Positions 22,046 to 34,502 of a stretch of DNA of 63,535 nucleotides are shown piece after piece (within the stretch, counting starts at the first letter, position 1; each line of letters begins with the position of its first letter). The notes under the pieces were generated by a model, which saw nothing but the letters and a program-made list of their open reading frames with translations, did no database searches and was not told where the DNA came from. The translations under genes and the position numbers were made by a program. Origin of the DNA: Actinomycetes bacterium (GTDB taxonomy: Bacteria > Actinomycetota > Actinomycetes > Actinomycetales > Microbacteriaceae); assembly GCA_023432005.1 (NCBI GenBank), contig JAEYVF010000020.1:1-63535 (forward strand). The letters run 5' to 3'.

Positions 22046-23763
22046 ATGCCCGCCACCGCATCGGCGCGCCGCCGCGCCGCCGCCCTCCCGCTCGCCCTCG
22101 TCGCCACTGTCGTCGCGCTCACCGTCGGCGTCGACGCGAGCCCCGCATCCGCCGCCGTCACGAGCTACACCAATACCACGAGCGTGGCGATCCCGGACTC
22201 GACCTCCGGCACCTGCTGGAGCACGTCGGGCATGGGCGTCGCCACGAGCACCATCACCGTGGGCGACGCGGGCAGCATCAACGACGTTCGGGTGGCTCTC
22301 AACATCGCGCACAGCTTCCGGGGCGACCTCGTCGTCGACCTGACATCCCCGCAGGGCAGCACCGTCCGCCTTCTCCAGCAGATCGGCGCCCCCACCTGCG
22401 GCGATAGCGGCGTGAACCTGTCGGCTCTCTTCTCCGACACCGGCTCGACGAGCATTCAGAGCGGTTATGCGGGGTCGGGAACCTACCGGCCGGCGCAGCC
22501 GCTCAGCGCCTTCCGTGGGGAGGAGGCCGCCGGCGTCTGGACCCTCACGGTGCTCGATACCTCGAGCGGCGACACGGGCTCGCTGACGTCATGGGGGCTC
22601 ACCGTCGACACTGGCGCGCACTTCTCGGTGAGCGACGCCTCCACGACGGAGGACGGCATCGCGGCGTTCACCGTCACGCGCACCGGCGACCTCACCGGCA
22701 CCGACACCGTGGACTTCGCGACCGTGCCCGGCACCGCGACTGCGGGAGCGGACTACTGGGTCAGCTCGGGAAGGCTCACCTTCCCCCCCGGGGGTCACCT
22801 CCATGCCCGTCGTCGTGACCCTCGTGGACGACTCCGTCGAGGAGCTCGACGAGACCTTCGGCATCCAGTTGAGCAACCCGGGCGGCACCCCGCTCCCCAC
22901 GATCGACGTCGCGAGCGCGACGATGACGATCCAGGACGGCGACGCCGTGACCCCCGTCTTCGGGGTCTCTGCCGCGGCGGCCTCGATCGCGGAGAACTCC
23001 GGGTCGATGACTTTCACGGTGACGCGGACGCTGTCGACGCTGCGCACCGACAGCGTCGACTTACGCGGCCCTGCCGGGAACGGCCGTCGCCGGCTCGGAC
23101 TTCGTCGCCGCATCCGGCACCTTGGTCTTCGCGCCGGGCGAGACCTCCAAGACCGTGTCGATCGGCGTCGTCGACGACGTCGTGGACGAGGGTGACGAGA
23201 CGTTCGAGCTGCGGTTGATGAACCCCGTTGGGACTCCCGTCCCGGTGCTCTCGCCGGATCGCGCCGTCGTCACGATCGTCGATGACGACGACCCCGCCGT
23301 CTTCAGCGTGACCGGCCCGGCGCTCGCCGTGGCCGAGAACGCGGGATCGGCCGTCTTCACCGTCACCCGCACCGTCTCGACGACACGCACCGACAGCGTC
23401 GACTTCGCGACCTTCGCCGGCACCGCGGCGTCGGGCAGCGACTTCGTGCCGACCGTCGGCACGCTCACCTTCGCGCCGGGCGAGACCGCGAAGACCGTCG
23501 CCGTCGCGCTCATGAACGACGGCATCCACGAGAACCCCGAGACCTTCGAGCTGCGCCTCAGCAACCCGGTGGGGGTCGTCACCCCGACCCTCGCCGTCGC
23601 AACCGCGACCGCGACGATCGCCGACGACGACCCGGCGCCTGTGGTCGCGGCGAACCTCGCCGACACCGGTGCGGATGCGGGGGGCGCGGCCGCGCTCGCG
23701 GCGCTGCTGCTCGGCGCGGGCCTCGTGCTGCGGTTCGCGGCCCGGCGCACGGTCCGCGGCTGA
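22046..23763 (+). pseudogene. sortase-anchored surface protein (proprotein-convertase P domain + three Calx-beta-like domains), split by two apparent +1 frameshifts
   Basis: Signal peptide, HSFRGDL..L.SPQG and GVWTL.V.D P-domain, repeated FTVTRT..VDF...GTA..G.DF...G.L.F.PG units, LADTG + TM + RR tail; frame changes near 22785-22795 and 23060. Confidence 0.75.
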
Positions 23764-23822
23764 CGCCTGCCCTGGCCCCTCTGCTGTCGGCGGGGGTCGC
23801 CCGATCCTGAGAGGATCGGGGG

Positions 23823-24368
23823 GTGAGCTCACCCGACCGCTACATCGTCGCCACCGACGGAGCCTGCAAAGGCAACCCCGGACCCGCGGGCTGGGCCTGG
23901 GTCGGCGAGGACGGCGAGTGGGCGGCCGGATCGCTGCCGCAGGGAACCAACAACATCGGCGAGCTGCTGGGACTGCTGCACGCCATCCGCGACCATATCG
24001 ACGTGCGCGAGCTCATCGTGCAGGCCGACTCGAAGTACGCGATCGACACGTACTCGTCGTGGATGGACGGCCACAAGCGCCGCGGCTGGCTCACGAGCGC
24101 GAAGAAGCCCGTCGCCAACCGCGAGATCCTCGAGCAACTCATCGCGGTGCGCGACGCCCGTCGTGCGAAGGGGCTCCCGGATGTCGTGCTCGAGCACGTG
24201 CGCGGTCACGCCGGACATCGCCTCAACTCGTGGGCCGACGAGCGCGCGGTGCGCGCGTCGCACCACGCCGCGAAGGGCACCGCGTCGGAGTGGTCGTCGC
24301 TCGGCGGCACGCAGGAGAGGCTCGACGTGTCGGTCGACCCGCCGCGCGGGTCGGGCGACCGGGGGTAG
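23823..24368 (+). CDS. rnhA: ribonuclease HI
   Basis: ATDGACKGNPGPAGW, TNNIGEL, DSKY, HVRGHAGHRLNSWADERA. Confidence 0.9.
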   Translation: MSSPDRYIVATDGACKGNPGPAGWAWVGEDGEWAAGSLPQGTNNIGELLGLLHAIRDHIDVRELIVQADSKYAIDTYSSWMDGHKRRGWLTSAKKPVANREILEQLIAVRDARRAKGLPDVVLEHVRGHAGHRLNSWADERAVRASHHAAKGTASEWSSLGGTQERLDVSVDPPRGSGDRG

Positions 24369-24426
24369 GTGCCCGGGGCTGGTACCCGGTGCTTGGTACC
24401 TGGGGTGCTGGGCGCATCCGTAAGCG

Positions 24427-24502
24427 TGGTGGGCCCGGTGGGGCTCGAACCCACGACCCGCGGATTAAAAGTCCGATGCTCTACCGACTGAGCTACAGGC
24501 CC
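24427..24502 (-). tRNA. tRNA-Lys (anticodon TTT)
   Basis: GGGCCTGTAGCTCAGTCGGTAGAGC...CTTTTAA...GGGTTCGAGCCC...CCA cloverleaf, 76 nt. Confidence 0.96.
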
Positions 24503-24558
24503 GATGTGTCCAGGGTAGTGCGCGGGCGCCGCGCTCGCGGTCGGGGGAGAATGGCCGG

Positions 24559-25191
24559 ATGGCCGACGACTTCCACAAGCCCACCCTCTTCGGCGGGCGC
24601 GAGTTCGAGGCGTACGAGGGTGCGGCTCCCGATCCGGCGGTGAGCCGTCGCATCGCGCACGACACGGCCCGCGCGCTCGTCGCCCGCGTGCGCGACAGCG
24701 ACGACCCGGGGGTGCTCGATCGCGTCGTCCGCCTCACCGACGAGCACGGGCTCGATGCGATCGCCGAGCTGTGGGCGCTCTCCGGGCCGCACACCCTGCC
24801 GGGCGCCCTGTGGCGCATCTACCTGCTGCGGTCCATGATCTCGGGTGACCCCGCGGGCGTGGCGCTGCTCTTCCAGCGCGGCACCGAGGTGCTCCGCACG
24901 ATCGACCCCGTCATCGCAGGCGCCCCGACCCCCGCCGGGCCGGAGGAGGTGCTCGAGCTGTCGAACCGCATCCTGCGCGGCGTATTCGAGGGCGACCTGG
25001 CGCACGCCCTCGAGCGCGCGGCGGCGTTCTGCCGCGTCGAGGCGGCGGGCGCCGCATCCGTCGCCGACGACCAGGAGGCGGCCGCGCCCGAGCGCTCGAC
25101 ACAGCTCACGACGCGTGCCGCCCGGCTCACGACGATCGCCGACGACCTCGCGATCTGCGCGCGGATGGCGCACGACGGCTCGCTCGACTGA
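24559..25191 (+). CDS. uncharacterised, probably all-helical 210-aa protein
   Basis: Host-like codon usage, -10-like GAGAAT 6 nt before ATG; no catalytic motif that I recognise. Confidence 0.8.
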   Translation: MADDFHKPTLFGGREFEAYEGAAPDPAVSRRIAHDTARALVARVRDSDDPGVLDRVVRLTDEHGLDAIAELWALSGPHTLPGALWRIYLLRSMISGDPAGVALLFQRGTEVLRTIDPVIAGAPTPAGPEEVLELSNRILRGVFEGDLAHALERAAAFCRVEAAGAASVADDQEAAAPERSTQLTTRAARLTTIADDLAICARMAHDGSLD

Positions 25192-25284
25192 CGCGCCCGG
25201 GAGCCATCCGTTTCGCAGCGTGCGAACACCGCCTGGGAGTCGCGTTCGAGACCCGGCGCCGGGCCGCACCTCGCGTAAACTGTC

Positions 25285-25368
25285 GGAGCCGGGCCGCAGT
25301 AACCCCGGGCTCCACTTTTCGCCGCTTCGAGCGGCCTCGCGCCGAGAGGCGTTCTGCGGCCCGGCACT
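25285..25368 (+). ncRNA. candidate structured small RNA
   Basis: -10 TAAACT (25276-25281); 12-bp closing stem GCCGGGCCGCAG/CTGCGGCCCGGC; internal hairpins GCCGCTTCGAGCGGC and CGCC-GAGA-GGCG. Confidence 0.6.
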
Positions 25369-25400
25369 CACGTATCCGGGCCCTCCGGAGCCGGCCGGGA

Positions 25401-26180
25401 TCACCCGAACTTGCCCGAGACGTAGTCCTCGGTGGCCTTCACCGACGGCATCGAGAAGATCTTCGTCGTGTCGTCGTACTCGATGAGCTTGCCCGGCTTG
25501 CCCGTGCCCTCGATGTTGAAGAACGCCGTGCGATCGGAGACGCGCGAGGCCTGCTGCATGTTGTGGGTCACGATGACGATCGTGTACTCCTTCTTGAGCT
25601 CCTCGATGAGGTCCTCGATCGCGAGCGTCGAGATGGGGTCGAGGGCCGAGCACGGCTCGTCCATGAGGATGACCTCGGGCGAGACGGCGATCGTGCGCGC
25701 GATGCACAGACGCTGCTGCTGACCTCCGGAGAGGCCCGAGCCGGGGCGGTCGAGGCGGTCCTTCACCTCGTTCCACAGGTTCGCGCCCCGCAGCGAGCGC
25801 TCGACGAGGTCGTCGGCATCCGTCTTCGAGATCTTGCGGTTGTTGAGCCGCACGCCCGCGAGCACGTTCTCGCGGATCGACATCGTCGGGAACGGGTTCG
25901 GCCGCTGGAACACCATCCCCACCTGCCGCCGCACGAGCACGGGGTCGACGCCGGGGCCGTAGAGGTTGTTGCCGTCGATGAGCACCTCGCCGTCGACGCG
26001 CGCGCCCGGGATGACCTCGTGCATGCGGTTGAGGGTGCGGATGAAGGTCGACTTTCCGCAGCCGGACGGGCCGATGAAGGCGGTCACCGTGCGCGGCTCG
26101 ATCGTGAGCGTCACACCCTCGACGGCGCGGAAGGCGCCGTAGTAGACGTCGAGGTCGCGGACTTCGATGCGCTTGGACAT
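25401..26180 (-). CDS. pstB: phosphate ABC transporter ATPase
   Basis: [40 protein letters not shown]. Confidence 0.96.
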   Translation of the reverse strand: MSKRIEVRDLDVYYGAFRAVEGVTLTIEPRTVTAFIGPSGCGKSTFIRTLNRMHEVIPGARVDGEVLIDGNNLYGPGVDPVLVRRQVGMVFQRPNPFPTMSIRENVLAGVRLNNRKISKTDADDLVERSLRGANLWNEVKDRLDRPGSGLSGGQQQRLCIARTIAVSPEVILMDEPCSALDPISTLAIEDLIEELKKEYTIVIVTHNMQQASRVSDRTAFFNIEGTGKPGKLIEYDDTTKIFSMPSVKATEDYVSGKFG

Positions 26181-26199
26181 GGGTTCCTTCGGGTGGGGG

Positions 26200-27300
26200 T
26201 CAGCGCCCGAGCTTGGGCGAGAAGAAGTGGGACACGAGGCGCGCGACGGCGTTGAGCAGCGCGACGATGAGGATGAGGGTGAGCGCCCCCGCCCACGCGC
26301 GCTCGATGTAGAACTGGGCGTCGGTGCCGGGGCTCACGTACTGCGTGTACACGAACACGGGCAGCGACATCATCCGCTCCGAGAACGGGTTGTAGTTCAT
26401 CGACGCCGTGAAGCCGGCCACGATGAGCAGCGGCGCCGTCTCGCCGATGACGCGCGAGATCGAGAGCATGATGCCCGTCGTGATGCCCGCGATCGAGGTC
26501 GGCAGCACGACCTTCGCGATCGTGCGCCACTTGGGCACGCCCAGGGCGTAGGAGGCCTCGCGCAGCTCGTTGGGCACGAGGCGGATGATCTCCTCGCTCG
26601 AGCGCACGACGACCGGGATCATGAGGATCGACAGGGCGATCGAGCCCGCGACGCCGGAGCGGACGCCGTCGCCGAACACGAGCGCGAAGAGGGCGTAGGT
26701 CGCGAGTCCCGCGACGATCGACGGGATGCCGGTCATGACGTCGACGAAGAAGGTGATGCCGCGCGCGAGCCGCCCCGTTCCGTACTCCACGAGGTAGATG
26801 GCGGTCATGAGGCCGACGGGGATCGAGATGACCGCCGCGAGCCCCGTGATGAGGAGCGTGCCCACGATCGCGTGCAGCGCGCCGCCGCCCTCGCCGACGA
26901 CGTTGCGCATGGAGTGCGTGAGGAAGGTGCCGTTCAGCAGCGTCGGCAGACCGTTCGTGACGACCGTGATCGCGAGCCACACGAGCGGGATCAGGGCGAG
27001 CACGAACGCCCCTGCCACGAGCGAGGTCACGAGGCGGTCGGCGGCCTGGCGACCGCCCTCGACGAGGCGCGCGATCGTCCAGTTCGCGGCGATGAAGAGC
27101 GCGACGCCGACGACGACGCCGCCGATCCAGTTGAGTTCGTCATCGGATGCCGCGGCCATGAGCCCGAAGGCGCCGAGCGAGACGGCGAGGGCCGCGGCGA
27201 GGATGGGCCACGGCATCCAGCGCGGCAGCTTGCCGGTCGTGTACGCGTTCGGCAGCGCACGGGGCGCGGCGCTCGACCTGCGGGCGGTATCGATCGTCAT
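26200..27300 (-). CDS. pstA: phosphate ABC transporter permease
   Basis: [24 protein letters not shown]. Confidence 0.93.
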   Translation of the reverse strand: MTIDTARRSSAAPRALPNAYTTGKLPRWMPWPILAAALAVSLGAFGLMAAASDDELNWIGGVVVGVALFIAANWTIARLVEGGRQAADRLVTSLVAGAFVLALIPLVWLAITVVTNGLPTLLNGTFLTHSMRNVVGEGGGALHAIVGTLLITGLAAVISIPVGLMTAIYLVEYGTGRLARGITFFVDVMTGIPSIVAGLATYALFALVFGDGVRSGVAGSIALSILMIPVVVRSSEEIIRLVPNELREASYALGVPKWRTIAKVVLPTSIAGITTGIMLSISRVIGETAPLLIVAGFTASMNYNPFSERMMSLPVFVYTQYVSPGTDAQFYIERAWAGALTLILIVALLNAVARLVSHFFSPKLGR

Positions 27301-28238
27301 CAGTTCGCCCCCGAGAAGTCCTTGCGGCGCGCGACCGCCCAGCGTGCGGCGGAGTTCACCGCGAACGTGATGACGAAGAGGATGAGGCCGGTCGCGATGA
27401 GCACGTTGACGTAGCCGCCGTGCGCCTCGGGGTAGTTGAGGGCGATGTTGGCGGGGATCGTCGTCGGGTTCTGCGGTCCCGTGAGCACGAAGCTGATGAC
27501 GGCGGCGGGAGAGAGCACCATGGCGACGGCCATCGTCTCGCCGAGCGCGCGCCCGAGCCCCAGCATGACCGCCGAGATGATGCCGGGGCGGCCGAACGGC
27601 AGCACCGCCATCCGGATCATCTCCCAGCGGGTCGCGCCGAGCGCGAGCGCCGCCTCCTCGTGCAGCTTCGGCGTCTGCAGGAACACCTCGCGGCACAGGG
27701 CCGTGATGATCGGCAGGATCATGACCGCGAGCACGATCGCGACCGTCAGGATGGTGCGGCCGGTTCCCGAGACGGGCGGCGCGAAGAGCGGGAACCATCC
27801 GAGGTTGTCGACGAGCCACGCGTAGAACGGCTGGATGGAGGGCGCGAGCACCCGGGCGCCCCACAGGCCGAACACGACCGAGGGCACGGCCGCGAGCAGG
27901 TCGATCGTGTAGCCGAGACCCTGTGCGAGGCGGCGCGGGGCGTAGTGCGAGATGAAGAGCGAGATGCCGAGCGCGATGGGCACGGCGATGAGCAGCGCGA
28001 GGGCCGCGGCCCACACGGTGCCGAAGACGAGCGGGCCGACGTAGTGCCAGAAGCTCTCGGGCTCGCCCTTGATGTCGGCCGGATCCATGACGAACGCCGG
28101 CAGCGACTGGGCGACGAGGAAGATCGCGACGCCCGCGAGCACGACGAGGATGACGGCTCCCGCCGCGAGCGCGCCGCCCGAGAACAGGCGGTCGCCGAGG
28201 CGCTGCTTGGCGGTGATCCGGGCCGGTGCGGCGGTCAT
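27300..28238 (-). CDS. pstC: phosphate ABC transporter permease
   Basis: LLAAVPSVVFGLWG, EAALALGATRWE, GRALGETMA. Confidence 0.94.
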   Translation of the reverse strand: MTAAPARITAKQRLGDRLFSGGALAAGAVILVVLAGVAIFLVAQSLPAFVMDPADIKGEPESFWHYVGPLVFGTVWAAALALLIAVPIALGISLFISHYAPRRLAQGLGYTIDLLAAVPSVVFGLWGARVLAPSIQPFYAWLVDNLGWFPLFAPPVSGTGRTILTVAIVLAVMILPIITALCREVFLQTPKLHEEAALALGATRWEMIRMAVLPFGRPGIISAVMLGLGRALGETMAVAMVLSPAAVISFVLTGPQNPTTIPANIALNYPEAHGGYVNVLIATGLILFVITFAVNSAARWAVARRKDFSGAN

Positions 28239-28270
28239 GCGGTCCTCGAGGTCGCTTTCGGTTCAGTGTG

Positions 28271-28315
28271 TCGGGCTGCGACGCCCCGTGCAATGCGCGG
28301 GGCGCCGCAGCCCGA
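28271..28315. terminator. strong hairpin between pstS and pstC (stabiliser or partial terminator)
   Basis: TCGGGCTGCG.CGCCCCG...CGGGGCG.CGCAGCCCGA. Confidence 0.6.
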
Positions 28316-28330
28316 GGAGCGGTGTGCTGC

Positions 28331-29422
28331 TTACTTGATGGAGGCGATCGCCTCGGCGACCTTGGCCGAGAGCTCCTCCGAGAGCGGGGCGGCGCCCGCC
28401 GTCTCGGCGGCCACCTGCTGGCCCTCGGCGCTCGTGATGAAGCCGATGTAGGCCTTCACGAACTCGCCCTTCGCAGCATCCGCGTACTCGGTGCACACGA
28501 TGCTGTAGGAGACGAGCACGAGCGGGTAGTGGCTCGGGTCGGTCGTCTTGCGGTCGAGCGTGAAGGCGAGGTCGTTCGCCTCGCGGCCCTCGACGAGCGG
28601 CGACTCGGCGACGACGGCGGCCGCGGCCTCCGGGGTGTAGCCCACGAACTCGTCGCCGACCTTGATCTTGGCGGTGCCGAGCTCTCCGGCCTTCGACGCG
28701 TCGGCGTAGCCGATCGTGCCGCGGCCGTTCTTCACGGCGTCGACGACGCCCGAGGTGCCCTGCGCGCCTTCACCGGTCTGGAACGGGAACGCATCGGCCG
28801 GCTTCTGGTCCCACACCTCGGGGGCGACCTGGTTCAGGTAGTCCGCGAAGTTCTTGGTGGTGCCGGAGTCGTCCGAGCGGTGCACGGCCGTGATGGCGAG
28901 GTCGGGGAACGTCGTGCCCGCGTTGAGCGCGGCGATCGCCGGGTCGTTCCACTTCGTGATGTCGCCCCTGAAGATCTTCGCGAGCGTCGCGGCGTCGAGG
29001 TTGAGCTCGTCGACCCCCTCGACGTTGAAGATGACCGCGATGGGCGAGATGTAGGTCGGGATGTCGATGGCCGCCGCGTCGGCGGCGCACGCGGCGAAGC
29101 CCCCGGCGAGCTCGTCGTCGGAGAGCGCCGAGTCGGAGCCGGCCCAGTCGGAGCCGCCCGCGATGAACGTCTCGCGGCCCGCGCCCGACCCGCTCGGCTC
29201 GTAGTTGATCGTGACGGCGGGGTTCGCGGTCTGGAAGGAGGCGATCCAGGCGTCCTGGGCGGAGGCCTGAGACGACGCGCCGGCGCCGTTGAAGGTGCCG
29301 GAGAGCGTGCTCGTCGTGCCCTCGTCGCCGGAGGCCGGGGCCTCGTTGGCGGCGCAGGAGCTGAGCGCGAGGGCGCCCACGAGCGCGAGGGCGGCGATGC
29401 CGCCGGTACGCGTGATCTTCAC
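28331..29422 (-). CDS. pstS: phosphate-binding lipoprotein
   Basis: Lipobox LSSC, GAGASS, GSGAG, RSDDSGTT. Confidence 0.94.
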   Translation of the reverse strand: MKITRTGGIAALALVGALALSSCAANEAPASGDEGTTSTLSGTFNGAGASSQASAQDAWIASFQTANPAVTINYEPSGSGAGRETFIAGGSDWAGSDSALSDDELAGGFAACAADAAAIDIPTYISPIAVIFNVEGVDELNLDAATLAKIFRGDITKWNDPAIAALNAGTTFPDLAITAVHRSDDSGTTKNFADYLNQVAPEVWDQKPADAFPFQTGEGAQGTSGVVDAVKNGRGTIGYADASKAGELGTAKIKVGDEFVGYTPEAAAAVVAESPLVEGREANDLAFTLDRKTTDPSHYPLVLVSYSIVCTEYADAAKGEFVKAYIGFITSAEGQQVAAETAGAAPLSEELSAKVAEAIASIK

Positions 29423-29494
29423 TGTGTTCCCTTCGGGAATGTCGGTCAGGTGTCGAGGCTCTTGGCGGCCTCGCTGCCGACGCTAGGAAGCGAC

Positions 29495-29534
29495 GGTGAC
29501 CAGGTTCGACGGGAACGGTGAACGGGAGGTGAAC
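29495..29534 (-). promoter_or_regulatory. PHO-box direct repeats upstream of pstS
   Basis: GTTCACC repeated at 11-nt spacing (29528-29534, 29517-29523); -10 TAGCGT at 29480-29485. Confidence 0.75.
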
Positions 29535-29544
29535 TGGACGAGAA

Positions 29545-30482
29545 CTACGTGGTCGGCGAGTGCACCTCGACGGCGACGATCCCGGATTCGGGATGGTCGA
29601 CCGGCACGTGCAGCACCGCGTACTCGCCCGTGGCGAGCGCCGCGGCGCGCTGCAGCTTCGTGCTGCCGTCGGTGCGCGTCTCCTCCATGACGGCGGAGAT
29701 GATCTGCGGCAGCACGGGCCCGTGGCTGCACAGCACGACCGTCTCGCGCTTCGCGACGAGCCCGGTCACCAGCTCCCGCACGGCCTTGCCACCCGAGCGG
29801 TAGGCGTCCTGGCTGATCGTGTGGTCCTCTTCGACGGGCACGCCCGTCACGCGCGAGGTCGGCGCGATCGTGCGGAGGCACCGCTCGGCCGTCGAGCTCA
29901 CGAGCTCGCGCGGGCGGAACGCGGCGATGCCGTGCGAGACGCTCATCGACTGGTCGATGCCGCGCTGCATGAGCGGACGCGTCGCATCCGGTCCGTCCCA
30001 GTCCTCGGCCGGCACGGCCTTGCCGTGGCGCAGGGCGATGATCGCGAAGGTGCGGGCGCGGCCCTTCGCGTGCAGTTCGGCGAAGCGGTCGACGATGTCG
30101 ACGTCGTGCGGGTAGCTGAGCACCTTGCGGGCCTTCGTGAGCCCCACCCAGCGCAGCTGCTCGATCTCGTCGTTCGACACGAACGTCGAGTTGGCCCGCG
30201 CCTCGGGGCTCACCTCGCCCGCCCAGTAGTAGACCTGCTTGTCGCGGCCGCCCGGCAGCTGGTACTCGACGACGCCCAGTGGAGCACCGAGGGCGATGAG
30301 GAGCCCCGTCTCCTCGGCGATCTCGCGCACGGCGGTCTCGGGGAGCGTCTCGCCCGGGTCGACCTTGCCCTTCGGCAGCGACACGTCCCTGTGCTGCGTG
30401 CGGTGCACGAGCAGGATCTTCGGCTTGCCCTTCTTCGAGATGCGCCAGCATACGGCCCCGGCGGCGAGCACGGGCGACGGGC

Positions 30483-30486
<4 letters not shown>
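29545..30486 (-). CDS. mutT1: NUDIX hydrolase + histidine phosphatase domain (MutT1-like)
   Basis: [10 protein letters not shown]...[11 protein letters not shown]udix box; LRHGKA, CSHG. Confidence 0.85.
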
Positions 30487-32657
<2,171 letters not shown>

Positions 32658-32695
32658 CGCCCCATCCTGCCAGGAACGATGGTGAACGGAGGGTG

Positions 32696-33382
32696 TCAGG
32701 CGGTGGTGTTGACGGGGGCCTGGTCGTCCTCGTAGACGTTGAAGCGGTAGCCCACGTTGCGCACCGTGCCGATGAGCGAGTCGAGCTCGCCGAGCTTCGC
32801 GCGCAGGCGCCGCACGTGCACGTCGACCGTGCGGGTGCCGCCGAAGTAGTCGTAGCCCCACACCTCGGAGAGCAGCTGCTCGCGTGTGAACACGCGTGAG
32901 GGGTGCGTCGCGAGGAAACGCAGCAGCTCGAACTCCTTGAAGGTGAGGTCGAGCGGACGTCCGTGCACCTTCGCGGAGTAGCTCGCCTCGTCGATCACGA
33001 CGCCCGAGGCCTGGATCTTCGAGACCGAGCTGTCTTTCGCGAGGCGGTCGATGACGAGCCGGATGCGCGCATCCACCTCCGCGGGCCCCGCGGTCGAGAG
33101 GATGACCTCGTCGACCCCCCAATCGGCCGAGACCGCGGTGAGCCCGCCCTCCGTGAGCACGAGCACGAGCGGCACGCCGAGTCCCGTCGTGCGCAGGATC
33201 TTGCACAGCGACTTCGCGCTCGCGAGGTCCTGGCGCGCATCGACGAAGACGAGGTCGGCGGTCGGCGCGTTGACGAGCGCCGCCGGCTCCGCGGGGATGA
33301 CGCGCACGCGGTGGCTGAGCAGTCCCAGCGCCGGCAGCACATCCGTGTCGGCGGCGGAGCTCAGGATCAGCAGCTGCGCCAC
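32696..33382 (-). CDS. glnR: OmpR-family orphan response regulator, GlnR-like
   Basis: [44 protein letters not shown]. Confidence 0.8.
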   Translation of the reverse strand: MAQLLILSSAADTDVLPALGLLSHRVRVIPAEPAALVNAPTADLVFVDARQDLASAKSLCKILRTTGLGVPLVLVLTEGGLTAVSADWGVDEVILSTAGPAEVDARIRLVIDRLAKDSSVSKIQASGVVIDEASYSAKVHGRPLDLTFKEFELLRFLATHPSRVFTREQLLSEVWGYDYFGGTRTVDVHVRRLRAKLGELDSLIGTVRNVGYRFNVYEDDQAPVNTTA

Positions 33383-33452
33383 GCAGTTCCTTTCGGGGGG
33401 CGGTTCGGGTCTCCTCGCTACGCGACAGTGTACGCAGCCGTAGGCTGGGCGG

Positions 33453-33728
33453 GTGGCCCTCTCGTTGCGCAGCGTCATCCCCGTGTGGATCGCCGCCGCC
33501 CTCGGCGCGATCGCGGTGCTCGTGTTCGCGCCCTCCGCGCTCCTCACGTGGATCCCCGTCGTCATGGCGGCCGTCGTGCTGCTGACCTTCACGATCCAGC
33601 TGGGGCTCGCGCGCAAGGAGGGCCTCGTCGAGCGCATCGTCGCGAGCCTGAGCGGCGCCCTCGGCATCCTCGTGCTGGCGACGGCCCTGATCTGGGTCTC
33701 CTCGGTGCTCGCCGTCGGCGGCGCCTGA
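33453..33728 (+). CDS. small membrane protein
   Basis: Three hydrophobic stretches; TAGGCT 6 nt before GTG. Confidence 0.65.
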   Translation: MALSLRSVIPVWIAAALGAIAVLVFAPSALLTWIPVVMAAVVLLTFTIQLGLARKEGLVERIVASLSGALGILVLATALIWVSSVLAVGGA

Positions 33729-33754
33729 GTCGCGGGAGCACTAGACTCGACAGC

Positions 33755-33865
33755 ATGATGCTGGCGCTCGAGCTCTTCTTCATCGGTCTGCTCGGCCTGG
33801 CGACGCTGTCGATCGGCGCCGTCTCCGTCGTGGTGCTCTACAACCTCTTCCGCGGCCAGCGCTGA
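33755..33865 (+). CDS. 36-aa single-TM small protein
   Basis: [36 protein letters not shown]; -10 TAGACT just upstream; host-like codons; 4 nt from next gene. Confidence 0.65.
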   Translation: MMLALELFFIGLLGLATLSIGAVSVVVLYNLFRGQR

Positions 33866-33869
33866 GGCC

Positions 33870-34502
33870 GTGTTCGAGCTCGACGTCGACCTGCCGGCCG
33901 AACTCGTCCCCCTCTCCTGGCTCATCGGGGTCTGGGAAGGCAGCGGGGTCGTGGCCTACAAGGTGGGCGACGAGACGCGCGAGCATGAGTTCGGGCAGCG
34001 CATCGCGTTCAGCCACGACGGCACGCCCCACCTGCAGTACTCGAGCAGTGCGTGGCTGATCCCGGGCGAGGAGGGCGAGGCGTCCGACGACGACGTGGCG
34101 CCGCATCCGCGTCAGCTCTTCTCCGAGATCGGCTACTGGCGCCTCTCGCGCCCGCTCGGCGACGGGGATGACGGGCCCGGCATGCTGCCGCGCACCGGCG
34201 CCGACGTGTTCCAGACTGCCGAGGCCGTCGAGACCCTGCGCAACGCCCGTGGCGCCTTCGACATCGAGGTGCTGCTCGTGCAGCCGGGCGGTGTGAGCGA
34301 GCTCTACCTCGGCGAGATCAACGGGCCGCGCATCGACCTCGCGACGGATGCCGTGCTGCGCTCCGCCACCGCGAAGGACTACACGGCCGCGACCCGCCTC
34401 TACGGCCTCGTCGAAGACCACCTGCTGTGGGCGTGGGACATCGCGGCGCTCGGTCAGGACCTGCGCACCCACGCATCCGGTCGATTGGCGCGCGTCGAAT
34501 GA
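33870..34502 (+). CDS. FABP-like/nitrobindin family protein (DUF1794)
   Basis: [30 protein letters not shown]. Confidence 0.82.
   Translation: MFELDVDLPAELVPLSWLIGVWEGSGVVAYKVGDETREHEFGQRIAFSHDGTPHLQYSSSAWLIPGEEGEASDDDVAPHPRQLFSEIGYWRLSRPLGDGDDGPGMLPRTGADVFQTAEAVETLRNARGAFDIEVLLVQPGGVSELYLGEINGPRIDLATDAVLRSATAKDYTAATRLYGLVEDHLLWAWDIAALGQDLRTHASGRLARVE

Noticed and set aside
23823..24368. RNase H as part of a retroelement or defence system
   Set aside because: Standalone housekeeping-type RNase HI with no reverse transcriptase or effector nearby.
21900..24502. Possible genomic island integrated at tRNA-Lys
   Set aside because: No integrase and no duplicated tRNA 3' end (att) that I could find; rnhA sits directly next to the tRNA.
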